Below are positions 55,269 through 64,000 of a stretch of DNA of 64,000 bases, piece after piece (position 1 is the first letter of the stretch; each line of letters starts with the position of its first letter). Position numbers and translations under genes: made by a program. The notes below the pieces were generated by a model that did not search any database, was not told where the DNA came from, and worked only from the letters and a program-made list of their open reading frames with translations. The stretch is taken from the NCBI GenBank assembly GCA_977862235.1, contig OZ374562.1, positions 1,302,001-1,366,000 of the forward strand. Reading direction: 5' to 3'. Source of the DNA: Dudresnaya verticillata (Eukaryota).

Positions 55269-58200
55269 TTTGCAGAGAGTAAACTGTCTAAAGCGTTCGA
55301 GATGGGATGTTGGTGGTGAGGTCTGTCGCAGTTGCTCGTGTGCGTCTTGGAGTCGTATAAATACCCTTTCTTATCCAGCATCTTTGCACGAACGGTACTG
55401 CTTTTGCCCTTGATCCCATGAAAAGTATGCAAGCCAGCCCGTGGATGGTTTCGAGATCATGCGATAGCTATCTCCTATTGATGCCTTGTCTTTTGACAGG
55501 CACTCGTGATTACATGCTTCGAGCAAATTGCATTGTTCAGCTACAGGACTCCGTTCGGACAGCAAGGTGTTATGGAGCTTTTGACAGTCAGACAGTCAGA
55601 GATGCGATTGACGGTAGCAGTCACTCAGGAAAGCTTTCGGATGGAGCGATGGCCGCTGCTCATAAACACCATAGCTATGCTCGCAGGGCTTATATTTCAC
55701 CTCTCTCATATAAAAGAACGAAACATCTGTTCGCTTCTTGAGAGCGACCACCATCAACCATGTGCAATCCGAACACCCATGTTTCGAGAGCGATTCTTCT
55801 CTATGGTACAAAAACTCATAGAAACTGTAGCACAACTACCATTGCAGAAGCCGTGATACGTTGCTGAGATGCGAGGTTAGGGAAGGAGTACGCGCTGTCA
55901 ACTCTAAACCTCCTTGACAGCGTTCTTTGAATATTTCTGGACGACCAAGAAGCTCATGCTTGAAAGCATCTCGCGTGCTTCTTGATATTTTTCTTTCACA
56001 TGGCACGTGTTGTTCCTCTTGCAATCCAGACCTTCAACGGAATTTGTGGCGCCCAGAACGGGAAGATTCGAATCTGAAAATGTGTCATTCAAGTACCCGG
56101 TCAGGGTTGCGCGTACGATACCAAACGAGCCAATTACTGCATAATGCTGAGAACCCAACAGGATTGATGCGCGTTTGAACCCAGTTGGAGCTAACAGATT
56201 TCGTAACTGATGCTGTAACTTAGATAGTGACATTGCAAAACGCCTCCCTAGGGAGGTGTCCTGTGAATTTGAAGGCGGATTGGGGGAGGCGCTTCTTGGA
56301 AATATCTCTCAGATATTCCAAATCGAGAGATATCTGGAGATTCTGGCCAACCACGCAACCGAAGCACTTGAGCTACGCCACACTACCACACGCCCTATTC
56401 GTGCAAGATACACAGAACTCCCACATCTGCCCCATACGCGGCCAGATAACCGCCAGAAATGTGCAGTGCATCACCCGGTGGGTTGGGGCTTGAAGCGTAC
56501 CAAGATTGTGTCTCACTGGCAGTCAGCGTTACGGTCCTCGCGTGGTCCTGTCGGGGAGGCCCCCGGCGGGTGATGGATGTCGTGGCATGCTGTGTGCGGG
56601 TTGATGGCGAGGTGTGGCTTGATGGAAAGGGCAGGGGACGGGAGCGAGACGGATGGGGTGGCGGCGGTGGGCCGGGGGTCACAGATGTGTAGTTGGCGCA
56701 AAGCGAGCATCACGTCCTGCTTCGGCACCGTGAAGTGCAGCGTAGCCAGACCGGATACCGACGCACGTAAGGTCACACGCACCTGCCCATGGCAGTTGAG
56801 GTCGATGCGATGCGGCGCGAGCGTGGTGCTATCGCATGGGGTCGGGGTGGAGTCTATGTCGCACTCCATTGCGAAAGTGGGACGGCTGAGGTGCTGGTGC
56901 CCGGCTGGGGAGGATGGTACGCGGTACGGTACGTGTTGAGGTTGGGAAAGACGGTCTCTACTACCGCGATTTTGATTTCAAATCCATGGGCAATTCGTTA
57001 GGGTAAACCCTGAAAGTCCAGGAGTGCAAGTAGTCTAACATAAGAAACGAAGTTCCTCGCTGCGCTTGAAGTGTCAGACAGCGCAGAGCGTTGAAGCGTC
57101 AGGCAGCGCGGAACTCCCCCCTGTATCTCCCCGGCACTCAGTGCGGCCTGCATCTCGGCAAAGCCACAGGGGATCATTCCTACCTGGCGCAGGCACCGGC
57201 CGCGACGGGCGTGTCCACCGCTTCCCACCAGCACTACTCCTGTCGGACCACCAAGATCGGAAACTGGCAGTTCGGTGGCACCTCGGCACGTTCCCGATAC
57301 CCCCCAGAAGCCCATCCAAGCGCGCTGCCCTCCGCCAACCCGCTGCTACTCTACACAAGCTCGCGCTACGCGTACCCACCCCTCAAGATCTCAAAGAAAT
57401 AACGGAAGCCATCTACCTGATCCGAGCGGCCTGCCAAGAAGAATTCCCTCTTCCCCTCCCGCACGAGCACTCGACATCGCCTCAATATACCACAGCCCGA
57501 AAGTGTGTGCCTGCAAATGGGCCATTGCCGCCCGCGCAGGACGACTCAAAACAAAACACCAATAAATCAAACTTCACGTCTGTAGCTATTGACATAGCAC
57601 GGCTCGCGCCGTCCGAACAATGGGGGTGGGAACAAAGCCGTCCCGTTGGACCGGACCGCCGCCTCGTGCCCTCGCCCCAATCAACTGCAACATCCGCTAG
57701 GGGTGTGGATAGAAAGACGTTTGCACCGTGCGAGAAGCGAGGGACCCGGACTGGGAGCGAACCGACTTTGGAAATCCATCCTTCGAAGCTTGGCGTAACA
57801 GTGGGAAGGCGGGGACAGCTCCACCGCTACCTTTGTGCTGTTGTTGCAACTGCCACAGCACATCACCAGAGAGAAGACGATAGTAGTGCTCTTCGTCTCA
57901 ACCCCTACGAACGCCATTACTAATAATTACTAATTACTAATTAGCAGAGATAATTGCCTCTCTCAATTGATCTGGTGAGTCATCTGCTCATTGGTTGATA
58001 TGTTCAAGTGCGGCATTTTGGATTACGTCTCGACGAAAGTCTTAGATGGGTTTCCGAGGTTCATGAAGGCCTATGACAGCCTATAGCTGTCATGGACATT
58101 TCAGAGGTCGTTGAGTGGTACAAGAAGCATCCGATTTCGAATGTCACAGTGTACGGTCTACGTTGGTATCTGCGGAGAAGGTGACGAGAGAGGAGATCAG

Positions 58201-58498
58201 ATGGAGCTCGTAGGGTCACGACGAGGGGCAAAAGCCCTTACGAATCTCCAGTTGAGATTTTTTTACAATAAGACCAGCTGAAGAGTGCAACGGTGATAAG
58301 CAATTTTATGGAGAACACTTGTTGTTTGTAGCACTCTGAAGCGTCTATTTTCTCCAATGACAGCATGCATCCCTAAGGATCACCCCATGGCAGTGGTGGT
58401 CACCAATAGCAAGCTTTACTCTTCATATCCACTATGTACCATTAGGCTACTCTGTTTGGACATAGTAGCATATTTCGTTCCACCATTAGCGCTGATCC

Positions 58499-59215
58499 CT
58501 AAGACCAATCCAGATTCTTGAACTTCGTACGTGCATAGGCACTGCTGCTGCTCGGGTTGTTGATATACACTCCTGCCTTAAAATAGCAGGAGTATGAATT
58601 CCAAAACGACATGCTTGCCTCGTTTAACACCTGTGTCCCGGCGATCCAAACACTCACCTTCTTGTTCTTCACCCTGATCTTGTAGGACTTCGTTCCGGTG
58701 CTCCTCTGTCCCAGGAATTTCTTATTCACGTCATTGCTACCCAGTCCGTCTCTCAGATTTGAAATGATAGCATCGGTGTAGGTCTTACTGCCCTGTTTGT
58801 AAGACTTCCTCCAGCTGATTCGTAGAGCTGGGGCAGCACCACAGTGTACTTGCAGGAATGTGATTTCATTCATCTGTGAGACAGGCACTGGGAGGGCAAT
58901 GTCTGCGTGGAGAGTATTGGATGACGAGACGGACCATGCAGCATTATCACCATTGGTCTTCATTTCGCGGAGTTCAGAGCGCTTTGAAGATCCCTTCATT
59001 TTGAATTGCATGTAGGAGCCACCTTGAAGGTAGAAGAACCAGTCTGAGTAACCAAAAAGGTTAGATGCGGCGGTATTGGAGCCCGGGGCTTGGAGTTTGG
59101 CTCTTGCAAGCACTGGATGAAACTTTGAGAGAGTCGAAGGTGCGGTGTAGGCCATGGATAAGGAGAAAAGAGCAAAGCTCCAGAATACTGTGAAGGGTGA
59201 GAGTTGACAAGACAT
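58499..59215 (-). CDS. Secreted PL7 polysaccharide lyase, copy 3
   Basis: As copy 1 except FLAQ to FLGQ. Confidence 0.9.
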   Translation of the reverse strand: MSCQLSPFTVFWSFALFSLSMAYTAPSTLSKFHPVLARAKLQAPGSNTAASNLFGYSDWFFYLQGGSYMQFKMKGSSKRSELREMKTNGDNAAWSVSSSNTLHADIALPVPVSQMNEITFLQVHCGAAPALRISWRKSYKQGSKTYTDAIISNLRDGLGSNDVNKKFLGQRSTGTKSYKIRVKNKKVSVWIAGTQVLNEASMSFWNSYSCYFKAGVYINNPSSSSAYARTKFKNLDWS

Positions 59216-62200
59216 TTTGCAGAGAGTAAACTGTCTAAAGCGTTCGAGATGGGATGTTGGTGGTGAGGTCTGTCGCAGTTGCTCGTGTGCGTCTTGGAGT
59301 CGTATAAATACCCTTTCTTATCCAGCATCTTTGCACGAACGGTACTGCTTTTGCCCTTGATCCCATGAAAAGTATGCAAGCCAGCCCGTGGATGGTTTCG
59401 AGATCATGCGATAGCTATCTCCTATTGATGCCTTGTCTTTTGACAGGCACTCGTGATTACATGCTTCGAGCAAATTGCATTGTTCAGCTACAGGACTCCG
59501 TTCGGACAGCAAGGTGTTATGGAGCTTTTGACAGTCAGACAGTCAGAGATGCGATTGACGGTAGCAGTCACTCAGGAAAGCTTTCGGATGGAGCGATGGC
59601 CGCTGCTCATAAACACCATAGCTATGCTCGCAGGGCTTATATTTCACCTCTCTCATATAAAAGAACGAAACATCTGTTCGCTTCTTGAGAGCGACCACCA
59701 TCAACCATGTGCAATCCGAACACCCATGTTTCGAGAGCGATTCTTCTCTATGGTACAAAAACTCATAGAAACTGTAGCACAACTACCATTGCAGAAGCCG
59801 TGATACGTTGCTGAGATGCGAGGTTAGGGAAGGAGTACGCGCTGTCAACTCTAAACCTCCTTGACAGCGTTCTTTGAATATTTCTGGACGACCAAGAAGC
59901 TCATGCTTGAAAGCATCTCGCGTGCTTCTTGATATTTTTCTTTCACATGGCACGTGTTGTTCCTCTTGCAATCCAGACCTTCAACGGAATTTGTGGCGCC
60001 CAGAACGGGAAGATTCGAATCTGAAAATGTGTCATTCAAGTACCCGGTCAGGGTTGCGCGTACGATACCAAACGAGCCAATTACTGCATAATGCTGAGAA
60101 CCCAACAGGATTGATGCGCGTTTGAACCCAGTTGGAGCTAACAGATTTCGTAACTGATGCTGTAACTTAGATAGTGACATTGCAAAACGCCTCCCTAGGG
60201 AGGTGTCCTGTGAATTTGAAGGCGGATTGGGGGAGGCGCTTCTTGGAAATATCTCTCAGATATTCCAAATCGAGAGATATCTGGAGATTCTGGCCAACCA
60301 CGCAACCGAAGCACTTGAGCTACGCCACACTACCACACGCCCTATTCGTGCAAGATACACAGAACTCCCACATCTGCCCCATACGCGGCCAGATAACCGC
60401 CAGAAATGTGCAGTGCATCACCCGGTGGGTTGGGGCTTGAAGCGTACCAAGATTGTGTCTCACTGGCAGTCAGCGTTACGGTCCTCGCGTGGTCCTGTCG
60501 GGGAGGCCCCCGGCGGGTGATGGATGTCGTGGCATGCTGTGTGCGGGTTGATGGCGAGGTGTGGCTTGATGGAAAGGGCAGGGGACGGGAGCGAGACGGA
60601 TGGGGTGGCGGCGGTGGGCCGGGGGTCACAGATGTGTAGTTGGCGCAAAGCGAGCATCACGTCCTGCTTCGGCACCGTGAAGTGCAGCGTAGCCAGACCG
60701 GATACCGACGCACGTAAGGTCACACGCACCTGCCCATGGCAGTTGAGGTCGATGCGATGCGGCGCGAGCGTGGTGCTATCGCATGGGGTCGGGGTGGAGT
60801 CTATGTCGCACTCCATTGCGAAAGTGGGACGGCTGAGGTGCTGGTGCCCGGCTGGGGAGGATGGTACGCGGTACGGTACGTGTTGAGGTTGGGAAAGACG
60901 GTCTCTACTACCGCGATTTTGATTTCAAATCCATGGGCAATTCGTTAGGGTAAACCCTGAAAGTCCAGGAGTGCAAGTAGTCTAACATAAGAAACGAAGT
61001 TCCTCGCTGCGCTTGAAGTGTCAGACAGCGCAGAGCGTTGAAGCGTCAGGCAGCGCGGAACTCCCCCCTGTATCTCCCCGGCACTCAGTGCGGCCTGCAT
61101 CTCGGCAAAGCCACAGGGGATCATTCCTACCTGGCGCAGGCACCGGCCGCGACGGGCGTGTCCACCGCTTCCCACCAGCACTACTCCTGTCGGACCACCA
61201 AGATCGGAAACTGGCAGTTCGGTGGCACCTCGGCACGTTCCCGATACCCCCCAGAAGCCCATCCAAGCGCGCTGCCCTCCGCCAACCCGCTGCTACTCTA
61301 CACAAGCTCGCGCTACGCGTACCCACCCCTCAAGATCTCAAAGAAATAACGGAAGCCATCTACCTGATCCGAGCGGCCTGCCAAGAAGAATTCCCTCTTC
61401 CCCTCCCGCACGAGCACTCGACATCGCCTCAATATACCACAGCCCGAAAGTGTGTGCCTGCAAATGGGCCATTGCCGCCCGCGCAGGACGACTCAAAACA
61501 AAACACCAATAAATCAAACTTCACGTCTGTAGCTATTGACATAGCACGGCTCGCGCCGTCCGAACAATGGGGGTGGGAACAAAGCCGTCCCGTTGGACCG
61601 GACCGCCGCCTCGTGCCCTCGCCCCAATCAACTGCAACATCCGCTAGGGGTGTGGATAGAAAGACGTTTGCACCGTGCGAGAAGCGAGGGACCCGGACTG
61701 GGAGCGAACCGACTTTGGAAATCCATCCTTCGAAGCTTGGCGTAACAGTGGGAAGGCGGGGACAGCTCCACCGCTACCTTTGTGCTGTTGTTGCAACTGC
61801 CACAGCACATCACCAGAGAGAAGACGATAGTAGTGCTCTTCGTCTCAACCCCTACGAACGCCATTACTAATAATTACTAATTACTAATTAGCAGAGATAA
61901 TTGCCTCTCTCAATTGATCTGGTGAGTCATCTGCTCATTGGTTGATATGTTCAAGTGCGGCATTTTGGATTACGTCTCGACGAAAGTCTTAGATGGGTTT
62001 CCGAGGTTCATGAAGGCCTATGACAGCCTATAGCTGTCATGGACATTTCAGAGGTCGTTGAGTGGTACAAGAAGCATCCGATTTCGAATGTCACAGTGTA
62101 CGGTCTACGTTGGTATCTGCGGAGAAGGTGACGAGAGAGGAGATCAGATGGAGCTCGTAGGGTCACGACGAGGGGCAAAAGCCCTTACGAATCTCCAGTT

Positions 62201-62445
62201 GAGATTTTTTTACAATAAGACCAGCTGAAGAGTGCAACGGTGATAAGCAATTTTATGGAGAACACTTGTTGTTTGTAGCACTCTGAAGCGTCTATTTTCT
62301 CCAATGACAGCATGCATCCCTAAGGATCACCCCATGGCAGTGGTGGTCACCAATAGCAAGCTTTACTCTTCATATCCACTATGTACCATTAGGCTACTCT
62401 GTTTGGACATAGTAGCATATTTCGTTCCACCATTAGCGCTGATCC

Positions 62446-63162
62446 CTAAGACCAATCCAGATTCTTGAACTTCGTACGTGCATAGGCACTGCTGCTGCTC
62501 GGGTTGTTGATATACACTCCTGCCTTAAAATAGCAGGAGTATGAATTCCAAAACGACATGCTTGCCTCGTTTAACACCTGTGTCCCGGCGATCCAAACAC
62601 TCACCTTCTTGTTCTTCACCCTGATCTTGTAGGACTTCGTTCCGGTGCTCCTCTGTCCCAGGAATTTCTTATTCACGTCATTGCTACCCAGTCCGTCTCT
62701 CAGATTTGAAATGATAGCATCGGTGTAGGTCTTACTGCCCTGTTTGTAAGACTTCCTCCAGCTGATTCGTAGAGCTGGGGCAGCACCACAGTGTACTTGC
62801 AGGAATGTGATTTCATTCATCTGTGAGACAGGCACTGGGAGGGCAATGTCTGCGTGGAGAGTATTGGATGACGAGACGGACCATGCAGCATTATCACCAT
62901 TGGTCTTCATTTCGCGGAGTTCAGAGCGCTTTGAAGATCCCTTCATTTTGAATTGCATGTAGGAGCCACCTTGAAGGTAGAAGAACCAGTCTGAGTAACC
63001 AAAAAGGTTAGATGCGGCGGTATTGGAGCCCGGGGCTTGGAGTTTGGCTCTTGCAAGCACTGGATGAAACTTTGAGAGAGTCGAAGGTGCGGTGTAGGCC
63101 ATGGATAAGGAGAAAAGAGCAAAGCTCCAGAATACTGTGAAGGGTGAGAGTTGACAAGACAT
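62446..63162 (-). CDS. Secreted PL7 polysaccharide lyase, copy 4
   Basis: Protein identical to copy 3. Confidence 0.9.
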   Translation of the reverse strand: MSCQLSPFTVFWSFALFSLSMAYTAPSTLSKFHPVLARAKLQAPGSNTAASNLFGYSDWFFYLQGGSYMQFKMKGSSKRSELREMKTNGDNAAWSVSSSNTLHADIALPVPVSQMNEITFLQVHCGAAPALRISWRKSYKQGSKTYTDAIISNLRDGLGSNDVNKKFLGQRSTGTKSYKIRVKNKKVSVWIAGTQVLNEASMSFWNSYSCYFKAGVYINNPSSSSAYARTKFKNLDWS

Positions 63163-64000
63163 TTTGCAGAGAGTAAACTGTCTAAAGCGTTCGAGATGGG
63201 ATGTTGGTGGTGAGGTCTGTCGCAGTTGCTCGTGTGCGTCTTGGAGTCGTATAAATACCCTTTCTTATCCAGCATCTTTGCACGAACGGTACTGCTTTTG
63301 CCCTTGATCCCATGAAAAGTATGCAAGCCAGCCCGTGGATGGTTTCGAGATCATGCGATAGCTATCTCCTATTGATGCCTTGTCTTTTGACAGGCACTCG
63401 TGATTACATGCTTCGAGCAAATTGCATTGTTCAGCTACAGGACTCCGTTCGGACAGCAAGGTGTTATGGAGCTTTTGACAGTCAGACAGTCAGAGATGCG
63501 ATTGACGGTAGCAGTCACTCAGGAAAGCTTTCGGATGGAGCGATGGCCGCTGCTCATAAACACCATAGCTATGCTCGCAGGGCTTATATTTCACCTCTCT
63601 CATATAAAAGAACGAAACATCTGTTCGCTTCTTGAGAGCGACCACCATCAACCATGTGCAATCCGAACACCCATGTTTCGAGAGCGATTCTTCTCTATGG
63701 TACAAAAACTCATAGAAACTGTAGCACAACTACCATTGCAGAAGCCGTGATACGTTGCTGAGATGCGAGGTTAGGGAAGGAGTACGCGCTGTCAACTCTA
63801 AACCTCCTTGACAGCGTTCTTTGAATATTTCTGGACGACCAAGAAGCTCATGCTTGAAAGCATCTCGCGTGCTTCTTGATATTTTTCTTTCACATGGCAC
63901 GTGTTGTTCCTCTTGCAATCCAGACCTTCAACGGAATTTGTGGCGCCCAGAACGGGAAGATTCGAATCTGAAAATGTGTCATTCAAGTACCCGGTCAGGG

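Larger units (their letters stand above)
49126..64000. repeat. Tandem array of 3947-bp units: 49126-53072, 53073-57019, 57020-60966, 60967->64000
   Basis: All ORFs recur at +3947 offsets; units near-identical. Confidence 0.98.

Overview
Eukaryotic genomic DNA, most consistent with a red alga (inferred from gene content: short GT-AG introns, Hog/Hint fusion gene, PL7 lyase; not verified). Bases 1-40.8 kb are a nest of six LTR retrotransposons. A partial Gypsy element (F) occupies 1-5050. An old Gypsy (A, 5470-40844, TSD ATATC) contains Gypsy B (6471-39758). B's 3' LTR has been hit twice, by Gypsy C (18484-29071, TSD GTCTA; itself carrying a truncated Copia D) and by a young, nearly intact chromodomain Gypsy E (29764-39637, TSD TCTAC). 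B and E each carry a long antisense ORF between pol and the 3' LTR; the two look homologous, and each is bracketed by two polypurine-tract-like sites. Host DNA after 40.8 kb contains a 3-exon gene for a secreted DOMON + copper type II monooxygenase fused to a hedgehog-type Hint (Hog) domain (43656-46257). It is followed by a probable degenerate gene and a near-identical 3947-bp tandem array (at least 3.8 units, running off the window), each unit encoding a secreted PL7 alginate-lyase-like protein. All family assignments come from motif reading by eye; no database searches were run.
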